Shown here: piece by piece, positions 1 through 12,166 of the stretch
How the letters are laid out: each line of letters begins with the position of its first letter
Position numbering within the stretch: position 1 is the first letter of the stretch
Source: Rhabdochlamydiaceae bacterium
GTDB taxonomy: Bacteria > Chlamydiota > Chlamydiia > Chlamydiales > Rhabdochlamydiaceae
DNA length: 64,000 nt
Assembly (NCBI GenBank): GCA_047459655.1
Contig: JAJREF010000003.1
Coordinates: 64,001 to 128,000, forward strand
Reading direction: 5' to 3'
Made by a program: the position numbers and the translations under genes
The notes under the pieces: model-generated
Told to the model about the DNA's origin: nothing
What the model saw: only the letters and a program-made list of their open reading frames with translations
Databases searched by the model: none

Positions 1-30
1 AAATTCGACGAACCCCTTACAACTACCTCT

Positions 31-705
31 TTATTTTAACTCTAGTACCATACGGATTCTGTTTGCTAATCTCTCCGATAGGGAAGAGATTAATCTAATT
101 TCTTCAATTAATTTTATCCACAGGTAGAAGGAAGTCTGAGGAAGTTTATCTCCCTCGGAAAGTAATTTTTTCATGAGTAGCTTATTCATCAGGTCAACTT
201 CATATTCTTTGTGGGCTGTGCTTTCTACCATTACCTTCACTTTTTCAGCTTCAATCCCACCAAAAGAAGATTCTAAAAGGGTGTCTAGCTCAGAAATGAT
301 TTCGTGGGCAGCTAAAAAAACTTCGACATTTTTGTTTAAAAAAGAGAGAACATCCATCTCAAGGCTATCAAAAGAATCGAGGGATTTTAGGGTTAGTAAA
401 ATGCCAATATCTTCTGTTTTGTCAGCAATAGAATCTTGGATGGAGAGGATATCTAATAAGTGGGATCTGTCAATAGGAAGAAAAAAACTTTTGGGAAGAT
501 GGTTGCGAATATCGTTCTTTGTGAGATCGGCTTCATGTTCAAGTTTGCAAAGTTCATCTACGAGTTTTGCAATTCTATCGGTTTTTTTCTCTTTAAGTAC
601 CTGAAAGATTTCTGTGAGTTTCTTTATGCAAACAGCCACTTTACTCATGTGAGTTTGAAGAGGTGCGAAGGGAGACTTGCCAAACAGCTTATCAATTCTT
701 AGCAT
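31..705 (-). CDS. DUF47/PhoU-like putative phosphate transport regulator
   Basis: FGKSPFAPLQ.HM N-terminus, LEHEAD..K..IR..LP..FFLP.DR and QD.IAD..ED motifs typical of DUF47. Confidence 0.85.
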   Translation of the reverse strand: MLRIDKLFGKSPFAPLQTHMSKVAVCIKKLTEIFQVLKEKKTDRIAKLVDELCKLEHEADLTKNDIRNHLPKSFFLPIDRSHLLDILSIQDSIADKTEDIGILLTLKSLDSFDSLEMDVLSFLNKNVEVFLAAHEIISELDTLLESSFGGIEAEKVKVMVESTAHKEYEVDLMNKLLMKKLLSEGDKLPQTSFYLWIKLIEEIRLISSLSERLANRIRMVLELK

Positions 706-723
706 GGTAGGAAAGAGTATAAA

Positions 724-1467
724 TTATTTTGGTTTCAGGAGCAACTCTTTTTCTTTTTCTGAGAGCTCTCTGAACTCTCCAAGAGGTAAAGTGCCGAGAG
801 TTAAAGATCCAATTCGTATGCGATGAAGGGAAACAATATCAAGCCCTGCTTTCTGAACAAGCACTCTGACTTCTCTTTTTTTGCCTTCGCGTACAACAAT
901 TTTGAGAGTTCCTCTTCTGACTTTTGTCACGCTAACAGGCGTAATCCAAGAGCCTTCAACAAGGGCTCCTTCAGATATATCTTTTAGATGTTCAGGAGAG
1001 ATCTCTTGTGTTGTTTTGATAAGGTATTCTTTCGTGACGTTACGAGATGGGTGGATGACATTTTGAGAAAAATACCCATCATTAGTGACAATGAGAAGTC
1101 CTGTTGTGTCTCGATCTAGTCTACCGACAGTGAAAAGGCGATAAGGAAGATCTTTAAAGAGATCGATAACAAGTTTTTTAGTGCCCATGCGGACATTGCT
1201 GCAAATATAACCATTGGGTTTGTTGAGAACAAAGTAGACTTTGTCTTGTTCTTTTTTAACAGGGACGCCATCTACGACAATTTTATCTGTTTTTAGAGAG
1301 ACTAGATGTTGGGGTAGAAGAATAAGCTCGCCGTTAACAGTGACTTTTCCATCAAAAATAATTTGCTCACATGCTCTTCGAGAGGCAAACCCTGCGCGTG
1401 CAAGAACCTTGCTAAGGCGAACAGGAGCTGAAGGATTTGGCTGTTGTTTCTTTTTTAAAGATTTCAT
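724..1467 (-). CDS. rluB: rRNA pseudouridine synthase, RsuA/RluB family
   Basis: S4 domain RLSKVLARAGFASRR, NKP.GY, catalytic VGRLDRDTTGLL, EGKKREVR. Confidence 0.85.
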   Translation of the reverse strand: MKSLKKKQQPNPSAPVRLSKVLARAGFASRRACEQIIFDGKVTVNGELILLPQHLVSLKTDKIVVDGVPVKKEQDKVYFVLNKPNGYICSNVRMGTKKLVIDLFKDLPYRLFTVGRLDRDTTGLLIVTNDGYFSQNVIHPSRNVTKEYLIKTTQEISPEHLKDISEGALVEGSWITPVSVTKVRRGTLKIVVREGKKREVRVLVQKAGLDIVSLHRIRIGSLTLGTLPLGEFRELSEKEKELLLKPK

Positions 1468-1514
1468 ACGACAATGATACTGAATTGGCTGAAAAATAAC
1501 AATGGGTTTATCAA

Positions 1515-1676
1515 GGAACCTCTGGACAAGTCATTTGCCGAATCTTGCCACCAATTTTTGCGAATACTAGATTTTTCGAACTCGCTAACATTCTGCATGT
1601 TAGCTGCGTTCTCCAAAATCGTCGTCTTCGAAAAATTGATCGGCAATCTCCGACAAAGCACTTGCCCAGAGGTTCC
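1515..1676. mobile_element. Palindromic MITE/RPE-like element, family A, copy 1 (162 bp)
   Basis: Terminal inverted repeats GGAACCTCTGGACAAGT / ACTTGCCCAGAGGTTCC; TCAA duplicated at 1511-1514 and 1677-1680; homologous copy at 56203-56334. Confidence 0.85.
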
Positions 1677-2270
1677 TCAAGGAGTTTCGTTCAAATTTTC
1701 TTTATAATTTGGAGGTGGGATCGGCATGGCAAGGCTTCTTGCGATTTGCTTGGCAAGGCTGCGATAGGCGGCAAGAGCGGCATCATCTTGAGCTCCTTCT
1801 ATAGAATCCATTTGACCTAAAGAAAATTGTAGTAAGGACTCTACTTTTCCTGTGGGGTCTACAAAGGATAGAGAAGGAAGGGAGTTAACGTCGGAATAGT
1901 CATAATCAGCAGATCCTACAACCTGAACGGGTCCATAGAGCGTTTCATTGGTAATCCCATCAATCAAAGTCACTTCCGCTGTAATGAGTCTTCTATTTTC
2001 TGAAACAACCAGGTTTCTTTCTCGCTTGCCAGTCACTTCTTTCCGGTCGTATCGGAATCCTATTTGGTCACTTCCAGAGCCCAGAATAACAGTTTTTAAT
2101 ATTAGATCTCCTCCTTCTCGAACATATTCATAGGGGGTAGAGGCCCCGATTTGCTTGACGAGTTCTTGCACAAGCGCTCCTTCTTCGTCACCTTGGACAT
2201 AAGGAATAGAGATAGAAATTTTTTGATCTTTATCAGAGAAATGATATCCACAGCCCATGAGCAAAGACAA
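1677..2270 (-). CDS. lptE: LPS assembly lipoprotein LptE-like (CT548-like)
   Basis: Lipobox LLMG-CGY.F; next to bamD as in Chlamydia; true start probably ~2301 with an indel in the signal peptide. Confidence 0.7.
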   Translation of the reverse strand: MSLLMGCGYHFSDKDQKISISIPYVQGDEEGALVQELVKQIGASTPYEYVREGGDLILKTVILGSGSDQIGFRYDRKEVTGKRERNLVVSENRRLITAEVTLIDGITNETLYGPVQVVGSADYDYSDVNSLPSLSFVDPTGKVESLLQFSLGQMDSIEGAQDDAALAAYRSLAKQIARSLAMPIPPPNYKENLNETP

Positions 2271-2453
2271 AGATAAAATACTCTTAGCAAAGACCTCTCC
2301 ATAACTTTAACTGAACCGCTAAAGTCGTTTTTTTTTTGCGGATTTTATTTCTCATATCTCGCCTACTTCTTAGAGTATGTCTTCGGTATAAAAAACAAAA
2401 CCTGCATAAAAATCCCTGATTTTTTCTGTTCGTTAGGGTTATGCAGAGGTCTT

Positions 2454-3506
2454 TTAGGAATTTTTCTCAAAAGGGATCTCTTTTTTATGAGATTCAGAAA
2501 AGGAAGGAAGTTCGATAGAGTCCCGTTTAGATACGTTCTGTATGGGCAAATTATCTTCTTTCGGTCGTAAGGTAGATAGTCGCTTTTTGGAACTTTCTGC
2601 TGATTTAGTTGTAGGATAATTTTTAACAATTTTTGCGTAATAAATTACAGCTGCCTGAGGTTTTTTGGTGCGCTCAAAAAACTGCCCAATTTCATAGAAG
2701 TTGTGCGCATATAACTCCAACATATCTGAGAACATTTCTTTGGCAACTAAGACCCTTTCATCATTGGGAAAATCTTCTTGAAATTTCTTGAGGTTGATCT
2801 CTGCAAGGTCTAGAAAATCAGAATCTTTAAACTTTGCTTGGCATTCAGTGAGATAAACTTTTTCAATTTGCACATATGCATCGGGGGCAATAGCATGTCT
2901 AGGAAATTTACGAATAAGTGTTTGATAGGCTTCGATGGCGCTCTCAAATTCTTCTTCCTCAAGTAAAAGAGCTCCTTTTCCATACAGAGATCGGACAGCT
3001 AAATCATCTGTAGGAAGAGCGGATATGACTTCTTCATAAAGCTTCATGGCTTCTTCTTGAGCAGGCATCCATTTGGGCATTGATTTCCATCCCATAAGAT
3101 GTTTTTTGCCACCCTCTTTAAAATGTTCTGCAATGTGAAACTTGAGCTCTATTGCTTCTCTAAAATGCTGTAGCGAAGATTGTTTTTTTAAATAGTTGGA
3201 GAGTTCTCTATTCGATAAATCATACTCTTTCATTTGAAAGTATCCAGCACCTAAATAAAAAAGTGCTTCCTGGTAAAAAGGGGAGTCTTCAAAATTTTCA
3301 ATGACGATGTTTGATTGGTGGATGAGTTCCTTCCAGTTTTTATTTCGATACGCTTCAAGGGCCATACTATAGTGTTCTTGAGCAGATAGGGTGGCAACTA
3401 CGTTAGCATTGACGAGCTTTCCTTCTTTTAAAACGTATCCCGCCTGCATGGTCGATGCAAAAGCGCAAAAACCTAAAATAAAAACCAAAATTTTTTTCAT
3501 GAGCAC
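2454..3506 (-). CDS. bamD: Outer membrane assembly factor BamD-like TPR protein (CT547-like)
   Basis: Signal peptide, TPR-like helices, C-terminal YEIGQFFER..KPQAAVIYY..IV..YP motif. Confidence 0.75.
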   Translation of the reverse strand: MLMKKILVFILGFCAFASTMQAGYVLKEGKLVNANVVATLSAQEHYSMALEAYRNKNWKELIHQSNIVIENFEDSPFYQEALFYLGAGYFQMKEYDLSNRELSNYLKKQSSLQHFREAIELKFHIAEHFKEGGKKHLMGWKSMPKWMPAQEEAMKLYEEVISALPTDDLAVRSLYGKGALLLEEEEFESAIEAYQTLIRKFPRHAIAPDAYVQIEKVYLTECQAKFKDSDFLDLAEINLKKFQEDFPNDERVLVAKEMFSDMLELYAHNFYEIGQFFERTKKPQAAVIYYAKIVKNYPTTKSAESSKKRLSTLRPKEDNLPIQNVSKRDSIELPSFSESHKKEIPFEKNS

Positions 3507-3532
3507 ATTGTAAGAAACAGGAGTCTATTCTG

Positions 3533-3715
3533 TCAATAGACCACTACGGATTCGACTAATCGAAAGCGAGGTTGTGTTTTTGTCTCAATCGTGACATTTT
3601 CTAAAAACATTGTTAAAGGGTGCACCCATACGTCGTGGTCGTCATACAGAGCTTCATAGACAAGCCGCTCTTCTAGTGTTTCGCTATTGCGTCCAACTGC
3701 GATGCATAAAATGGG
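3533..3715 (-). pseudogene. DUF1653-like protein, apparently lacking its N-terminus
   Basis: NSETLEE..VYEALY....WV.P..MFLE.V......PRF matches the DUF1653 C-terminal part; the usual G.Y.HYKG start and an in-frame start codon are not seen. Confidence 0.55.
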
Positions 3716-3728
3716 AGCTCCTATTTTT

Positions 3729-6700
3729 TTAGTAACTAATTTCTTGCAGGATCGAAGAGAAATCTTTGAGCCTTGCTTCGAATTCTTTGGTGAAGGAGAT
3801 TCCCCACCTGCCTTCGATAGCAACAGTTCCTAACTTTTTGCTTTGTTCCCAGAATTCTAAGTGTACGATGGTACTGCCTGGGAAAGATCTGAAGAGATCT
3901 TTCATCTGTAGGATATGGCTGAGACGTGTTTTGCTTGCGTCGACTTTCACATGGATTTTTTTTGGCATATCTTGGGCCGCCTCTTTTTTTGTTGGGGTAG
4001 CGGTTTCTTTGTTCGCTATTTTTTATGTGCGCTTTGGCATCTTCGTATGCTTTGTCACAGGCTTGAATCATCTCTTCGCTTGCTTTTGTTAAATCATCCA
4101 CCCACCGACAGCTTAGTTTTAGCGTTTCTTCTCTTTTGTCGACCTGCAAGACTGCGTAGAGGATTTGATTTTCTATGAAGAGAGGGGTTTTATTCTCATA
4201 CAGCTCTGACCATATGGGGAGTTCAAAGCGCTCAAGCCCATCGCTAATGGTAAGAATCGCAAATTTTTTCTGGGTTTTATTAGAAGTTTTGACCTGCATC
4301 TCTTCTACTATAAAAGCAGCACGAAGGATGGTGTCATGGGGCAGATTGGAAATGTGTCCTAACGGGGTGCACGAAAGACGTGAGAGAATCGAGCGAAACT
4401 CATCGAGGGGGTGACCTGTTAGATAAAATCCAAGGAGCTCTTTTTCTCTGCGTAGCAGCTGCCTTTTAGGAACCAGGGGGGCGTCGGGTGGAGATGCTTG
4501 CGCAGAATTTTCTGCCTCTTCATGGGATGCAAAAAAATCCAAGACACCCCGTTCAAACTCTTTTTGTTGTTTAGAAGATAATTGATACATGGGATCGACA
4601 GATAAGATCAGTGCCGCTCTTTCCCATTTCGTAAAGTCAAAACAGCCAGCTTCAATGAGTGTTTCTATTACTTTTTTGCCCACTTTTTTTGTGTCGATCC
4701 GTTTGCAAAAATCAAAGAGTGATTTGAAGGGGCCTTTACTTTCTCTTTCTGTCACGATAGCTGAGACCACACCTTCGCCGACTCCTTTGATGCCCCCCAT
4801 TGCAAAGCGGATCCCTTTTGAGGTAGCTACAAATTCGTTCCTTGATTCATTGATATCTGGAGGCAAGATGGGTAGATTCATCGATTGACATTCGGCAATG
4901 ATTTTAGCAACTTTGGTGATGTCATCTCTATCGCATGTTAGTAGAGAGGCCATCCATTCACCGGGGTAGTTAGCTTTTAGATAGGCTGTGACATATGCAA
5001 GATATCCATAGACGGCTGCGTGGGCTTTATTAAATCCATAGGATGCGAACTTTTCTACTTTGTTAAAAATAAGCATGGAGGTTTTCTTCATCGATGCCAT
5101 TTTTAAAGCGCTCCTTGCTTAAATTTTTCCCTTTGGTTTTGCATCTCCTCTCGATCTTTTCCCATCGCTCTTCTGAGAACATCGCCCTCTCCTAAACTAT
5201 AGTTGGCAAGAAGCGATGCAATTTGCATCACCTGCTCTTGGTATACCATGATCCCATAGGTCTCAGCTAAGATATCTTTCATGAGGGGATGATCAATCTC
5301 GATGAGCTCTCTGCCATGTTTTCTATTGATGAAGGAGGGAATCATCTCCATTGGTCCCGGTCTATATAGAGAAACTACAGCGATGATCTCTTCAAATTTA
5401 TCAATTTGGAGTTGTTTTGCTAGATCTTGCATCCCACCGGATTCCATTTGAAAGATGCCGAGCATTTTTCCGTGGTTTAAAAGGGTAAACGTTTTCTTAT
5501 CGTCAAGAGGGATATCGATCCAGTCGATGTGAACGCCATGGGAAAGATGGATTGCTTCTACTGTTTTTTGAATTGATGTGAGTGTTTTAAGTCCTAAAAA
5601 GTCGATTTTAAGCATGCCGACGAGCTCGACGGGTTTCATCGAGTATTGGGTCACTAAAATATCACTATCTTTGGCTGTGCAGACAGGGATATGATCGGTG
5701 AGTGGATCACCTGATATGATGATGCCTGCTGCATGAACACCTGTATTGCGAACAGAGCCTTCTAATCGGAGTGCGATATCGATTAGTTCTTTCACTTCAG
5801 GGTCGGTGTCATACGATTGTTTAAGCGTAAGATCGGTTTCTAGCGCTTTACTCAAAGTAATGCCGAGTTCTTCGGGGATAAGTTTTGTAATTGCATTGAC
5901 CTTGGCAAGAGGCATGCTGAGCATTCTTCCTACATCTTTGATGGCCATTTTAGCTTTCATGGTTCCAAAGGTGATGATCTGCGCAACTTTATCTTTCCCA
6001 TATTTTTGCACGGTGTATTCAATCACTTCTGCTCGACGTTCCATGCAGATGTCGACGTCGATATCGGGATAAGAAATCCTTTCTGGATTAATAAATCTTT
6101 CAAAGAAGAGATTGAAGCGTAAGGGTTCGATATCTGTAATTTCAATCAAATAAAGGATGATCGAACCAACGCCTGATCCTCTACCCGGCCCCATGGTGAT
6201 CCCTTTTGCTTTTGCCCAAGAGATAAAATCATGCACAATGAGAAGGTAATCGCCCATTCCTTTAGAAATGATGATGTCAAGTTCATAGCTCAATCTTGCT
6301 TGAACAACAGAGAGGGGATCTTGGCCAGGGTATTTGTCTGCTACTTTTGCCAGCCTTTCAGAGGTGTACCGTTTCTTAATGCCTTGCTCACACAGATGTT
6401 TTAAATATCCTTCTTTGGAAAATCCCTCGGGAGGTGTAAAGACGGGATAGTATCTTGTTTTGAAGTCGAGTTGAAAAGAAATTTTATCAGCGATTTCATT
6501 GGTAGAGGCAATCGCATCTGGCATGTCTACAAAAAGAGAGGCCATTTGCTCTTGCGATTTGAAGTAGTGTTCATGAGAAAAATAGACTTCTCTTTTAGGA
6601 TTAAGGACTCTTGATTTGGGGTTCCCGAAAGAGTCTCTTTCCAAATCTCGCAGGGCTCTCCCGACTGAATATTCATGAGAATTTCATGCGCTTTCCAATC

Positions 6701-7417
6701 AGCTCGATGCAAGTAGTGAGACCCGTTGGTTGCAACGCAGGAAATATTGAGCTCTTTGCCTAGCTGATATAATCTAGAAACAACGACTTCTTGGTTACGC
6801 ACATAATCGCGGTAATTTTGTAGCAGCCAGCTCTCTTTGTCCATTGCGTCTTTTACGATGTCTTCTTCAGACATCGGATGGCGTTGTAGCTCTAAATAGA
6901 AATCTTCTTTAAAGACAGACGCAAACCATTGGGCTTCTTCCACCAGCTCTTCCTCTCTTCCTTGAAGGATGAGATAGGAGAGTTTTCCTTGGACAGATCC
7001 TGAAAGGCAAATCAGCCCCTCTGCATATTTTTCAAGCACCTGCTTATCGATGCGCGGCGTGTAGTAAAAACCTTCTACGTGTGCAATCGATGTCAGCTGG
7101 CACAGGTTTTGATACCCTTGTTTATTTTTTGCAAGCAGAATGAGTGGAAATCCGGAGGGGATTCCCGGGATTTTTCTTTTATCTAATCGCGAAGCTGGTG
7201 CCAGATATAGTTCACATCCAATGATCGGTTTGATGCCCTTGCTTTGGCATTCTTTATAAAACTCAACAGCCCCAAACATATTGCCTTGGTCTGTTAAGGC
7301 AAGCGAAGGTATGCCGAGTTCTTTAGCACGCTCAACAAGATCTTCTAACGAAGAAGTTCCATCTAAAATGGAATACTGAGAATGAACATGAAGGGGGATC
7401 CAATTTGTTTTGCTCAT
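3729..7417 (-). CDS. dnaE: DNA polymerase III alpha subunit, split by 3 probable assembly frameshifts (~6640, ~5100, ~3965)
   Basis: PHP domain LHVHSQYSILDG, GRGS, PDIDVD, KIDFLGL, YGFNKAH and OB fold across ORFs 6527-7417, 5103-6644, 3736-5100 and 3729-3968. Confidence 0.95.
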
Positions 7418-7444
7418 GATGAAATCAAGGTAGCAAAAAATAGG

Positions 7445-8798
7445 TTAGTTTTCTACAAGCTTTTCTTCTTCATGATTACGCAAATATTTCGGATTGGTTT
7501 TGATAGACCAGATAGGAAGAAGCAGCAAGACGCACATAACGCCGCATCCGATCAAAGTGATAAAACACCCTTGCCAGCCTGAAGATTCCATGATTTTCCC
7601 CAAAGGATAACCCGCTACAGCCATACCTATATAAGCAATCCAGCCAGTAAAGCCTGTTGCACTGCCAGCTGCTTTTTTATGGGAAAGTTCTGTAGCAGCA
7701 ATTCCAATGAGCATTTGGGGTCCAAAAATTAGAAATCCGATGGCAAAGATAAGAGCATAGTCAGCAATCAGATATCCTCCAGGCATCATCCAGAGGCCCA
7801 TTAAAGCTGCAATCACCCCTGCTGAAAAAAGAACCATAATAGGTCCTCGCCTTCCTTGGAAGATAGTATCGGAGGCCCAGCCGGCAGCTAAACTTCCTAC
7901 AAGTCCTCCGAGCTCAAACCATGTGATACTGGCTGTAGCGGCGATAGGGCTATAGCCCCTTGTTTCCATTAGAAAAAGGGCTGACCAATTCATGATAGCG
8001 CCTCTTATGAAGTAAACAAAAAGGTAGGTAATTGCTAGAAGCCAGATATAAGAATTGTTTAGAACATACTTGAAGAGGAGATCTTTCACAGAAATATCTT
8101 TTTCCTGCGCCTTACCTGCAGGATAATCGTTGCGAAATTTTTCTATCGAAGGTAGTCCCAAAGAGCTGGGCGTGTCTCTAAGGCAAAAGAGTAAAAAGAA
8201 ACCAATCCCAATGCTCATAATGCCCGGGATAAACATCCCAAAGCGCCATCCAAAAAGCTGGGCACAAATTCCTACAACGAGGGGAATGATAGCTCCTCCG
8301 ACATTGTGGGAAGAATTCCACATGCCCCACCATGTTCCTCTCTCTTTGAGAGTACCAGTGAGTTAAAAGTTTTGCACACGGAGGCCATCCCCATCCCTGG
8401 AACCATCCTGTACATCCCCAAAAAATGGCAAACCACAAAATAGTGGAAGAGTATCCAAATAAGATGTTAAATATTCCTGTTAAAATAAGTCCTATAGACA
8501 TGAAAACGCGTGGATTAGATCGGTCAGCTAGAATACCACTTAGAAATTTGCTCATTCCATAAGTCAAGGACATGATGCTGGCAAGGATTCCTAAATCGCT
8601 TTTTGTAAAGCCCATGTCTTTCATTAAGAAAGGCATGATGGCGGTGTAGCTGCTTCTCGTAAAATAATAGAAGACGTACCCCACATACATCCCAACAAAG
8701 ATTCTTCATCGCCAATATTTGTATTTTTTGGCGACAATTACCTCATCTTGGATCTCTGGAATAGAAGGAGCTGGTTTGAAGAAATCTATTAAACCCAC
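7445..8798 (-). CDS. uhpC: Hexose-phosphate transporter UhpC (MFS, OPA family); frameshifts ~8705 and ~8345
   Basis: GYVFYYFTR, GWFQGWGWPPC.KLL.HWYS..ER, WNSSHNVGG, FGPQMLIG, ELSHKKAAG.ATGF; lies between dnaE and hisS as in Chlamydia. Confidence 0.9.
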
Positions 8799-8968
8799 AG
8801 TCTGGCCATATTATTATTTAAAGAAGAAAAAATAAACGTATTGTCTACTAAAGTCAATCCCTTTTTCTTTTTGAAAAACAGTATTAAATATTTTATTACT
8901 CTTTTTAGATGCTAATAGTTTTTGGAAACTGTTGATTCTTTTATTGGTTATCCTTAGACTTGCTTCCT

Positions 8969-10253
8969 ATGGAATATAAAATCCCGAAAGGTGTGTTTGA
9001 TGTTTTGCCAAAAGAGCCTCAAAGCGAGGATGAATGGCGTAATTCAGATCACTGGCAGTATATTGAGAGCGTACTTAGAAAGTGTGCAGCTGATTATGGC
9101 TTTAAAGAAATTCGCACCCTATTTTTGAGCGGACTGAACTGTTTGTGCGTGGAGTGGGAGAAGGCTCTGACATTGTCTCTAAAGAGATGTATACTTTTTT
9201 AGACAAGGGGGAGCGTTCTATGACCCTAAGGCCAGAGGGAACTGCCTCTGTCATTCGGGCTTTTGTTGAGAAAAATCTTGCTCAGCAACCAGGTCTTAAA
9301 AAGTTTTTCTATATAGGGCCAATGTTTCGCTATGAGCGCCCACAGGCTGGAAGATATAGGCAGCATCATCAGTTTGGTGCAGAAGCAATCGGCATTGGTA
9401 AGCCTGAGCAAGATGTTGAGATGATCGATATGCTCTACGAAATCTATCGTAGGCTGGGACTAAAAAATTTAACTGTGATGATCAATTCTGTAGGAGATGA
9501 AGCATCGAGAGCTCCTTTCAGAAAAGCACTGGGGATTATCTCTTACCTTTTTTGGATGATTTATCAGAAGATAGTAAGATTAGGTTTTCAAAAAACATTT
9601 TGCGGATTTTAGATTCAAAAGATTCGAGAGATCATGAGATTTTAAAACATGCTCCTCTTCTTGAAGATTATTTAAATGAATCTTGCAAGGCGCATTTTGA
9701 GAAGATTAAAGAGTTATTGTCTCAAATGAAAATTCCTTATGTTGTAAATCCTAAGCTTGTCAGAGGTTTAGACTACTATAATAATACGGTGTTTGAGGTG
9801 GTGTCGGGGGATCTTGGCGCCCACAATACAATTGGAGCAGGGGGTCGGTATGATGGATTGACCCCTCTTTTGGGGGGGCCTGATTTACCTGCTTGTGGAT
9901 TTGCAACCGGACTCGAACGATTGCTCCAGACCATGTGCGCGCAGAAAGTTGCTTTTCCCGAAGCTTCCCATCCTGTTATTTTCTTCATTCCAATGGGTGA
10001 GGCTGCTCTAAAAATGTGTTTTGAGATTGTCTCTACGCTGCGTCACAATAACATTGCTGCTGATATTGATCTTTCTGGAAAAAAAATTCAGCAGGGCTTG
10101 CAGCTCGCAGATAGTGAAAAAGCGACCTACTGCATGGTTGTGGGAGAGCGTGAGCTACAGACAGGTCAAGCAGAGCTCAAAGAGATGGCAACACGGAAAA
10201 CACAAGTTGTGAACTTAGGTGATTTGCCCAAAATTTTAGGTCAATCAGGATGA
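8969..10253 (+). CDS. hisS: Histidyl-tRNA synthetase; frameshifts ~9125 and ~9535
   Basis: PKGVFD, SDIVSKEMYTF, LRPEGTAS, FRYERPQAGRYRQHHQ, LVRGLDYYN, GGRYD. Confidence 0.95.
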
Positions 10254-12057
10254 AGAGGATCTTTTCTTCTCAGCTTTTACAGCATATCAATCAAAAAGTA
10301 CGTCTCCGCGGTTGGTTGCATACACTACGTGCTATGGGGAAATTCAACTTTCTTATTTTGCGGGACCAGCAGGGCCTTACGCAAATTATGATCGAAGATA
10401 AGGAGCAGCTGAAAAAAATCGCGCACCTTCATCCCGGTACAGTTCTCAAAGTAGAGGGGACTGCTGTCCAATCAGCGCAAGCAAAGCTGGGGGTAGAAAT
10501 TGTAAATCCTGACATTCATGTGGAAGTAGCTGTTACGCATCCTCCTGTTGTAGAATATTACAAGCCCGAGATCCCCTCAGATTTGGAATTTATTCTAGAC
10601 AATCGTCCGATTGCCCTTAGAAATCGAAAGTTACAAGCTGTTTTTAAAATCCAGGCTGAAACAGCCCACGCTTTTCGACTCTATATGCATGATAACGTGG
10701 GGGCTGTTGAGTATTTTGCGCCTAACATTTTGGGAGCTTCTTCAGAGGGAGGTGCAGAATTTTTCAATGTCGACTATTTTGGATACACAGCGACGCTTGC
10801 ACAGAGTAGTCAGCTCTACAAACAGATCATGGTCGGGGTGAACGAAAAAGTTTTTGCCCTTATGCCTTTTTTTAGAGCAGAGCCCTCCCATACTTCTCGC
10901 CATTTGTCAGAAGGAAAGCAGTTTGAATTTGAAATGGGTTTTTTTGAGACATGGCACGAGATTCTAGATATCCAAGAGGGGTGCATTAAGTTTATCTTAA
11001 AGCATCTCCATACGTACTGTGCGCAAGAGATTGAAATCCTCGATCATCAGATCGTTTCCGCTCCAGAAAATGTCAAATTTCCACGTCTTACTTTTAAGGA
11101 GGCGCAAGAGCTTTACTATAAACGAACGGGTATCGATGAAAGGCATGAACCTGATTTGAGCCCCGCAGCAGAAAAAGAGCTCTGTGCGTATGCCAAAGCA
11201 GAGTTTGGGGCTGATTTTGTCTTCATTACGGACTGGAAAGCTGTGAAGCGCCCTTTCTATGCTTTCCCTAAAGAGAATAACCCAGAGCTCACTAACACAT
11301 TCGATCTTTTATGCGCAGGTACTGAGGTTACCTCGGGGGGCAGCGCAGACACACCTTTGATGCAATGGTAGAAGGGATTCAATCGAAAGGTATGGATCCT
11401 AACAACTTTGAGGATTATTTGAGCATTTTCAAATACGGGATGCCTCCTCATGGTGGATTTGGAATGGGATTTGAAAGACTCACGATGACACTACTCCGCC
11501 TTAGAAATATTCGTGAGGCTTCTTTATTCCCCTCTGACACAAAACGGATTGCTGGTAACCGTCTAAAAGCCAAAATCTTTTTTGGGTGTGAGAGCATCCG
11601 CAACGAGATCATTCGGCAGCTCAAAGATCACTCTTTTGAATTTACCCACCTTATGCATGAGGCAACTCCCACCAGCCCTGATTCTGCGCGTGTTAGAAAT
11701 ACCAAAATAGAAGAGGGGATTAAAGCGCTTATTTTAAAAGGAAAAAGCTCTAAAAAAAATTATCAGTTTAATATCCCTTCCCATTTTAAAATTGATATGA
11801 AGATAATCGCAGAGCTCGTAGGAGAAAAATGTGAATTTGAAGAAGCCTCGGTTATTTTCGAGCGTTTTGGACTACATGTTGGAGGTATCCCTCCTTTTGG
11901 GAACCTGATGAACCTAGATACATTTTTTGATAACAGCATTAGCGAGTTAGAAAAAGTTGCCTTTAATTGTGGAATGCCAACCGAGTCAATTGTAATGAAA
12001 GGAAAAGATCTGATAGAGTTAGTTCAACCTAAGTTTGGTTTTTTTTCAAAAATCTAA
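10250..12057 (+). CDS. aspS: Short archaeal/eukaryote-type aspartyl-tRNA synthetase (likely non-discriminating) with C-terminal YbaK/ProX-like domain; frameshift in the G run ~11340
   Basis: OB fold (GWLH..R..GK..F..LRD), [35 protein letters not shown][QR], [14 protein letters not shown]; then KALILK, G...GGIPPFG and FNCG...SI.M. Confidence 0.9.
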
Positions 12058-12110
12058 ATGAGCGGTATTCTTCTTTTCAGAAAAAGAAGAACCACATATA
12101 TTAATGAAGA

Positions 12111-12132
12111 GAGGTAGTTTTGCAACTACCTC
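12111..12132. other. Short hairpin between aspS and mip
   Basis: GAGGTAGTT-ttgc-AACTACCTC, perfect 9-bp stem; function unknown. Confidence 0.4.
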
Positions 12133-12166
12133 AACAGAGATGATTTTTTAATCAGAGGATGCATAG

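Noticed and set aside
1464..1820. Short ORFs 1464-1661, 1474-1707, 1545-1820 (and 56233-56421) as genes
   Set aside because: They are open frames across the family A element, overlap real genes and lack a clear RBS.
3729..7417. Naturally split or intein-containing dnaE
   Set aside because: The pieces abut or overlap with no extra sequence or intein motifs.
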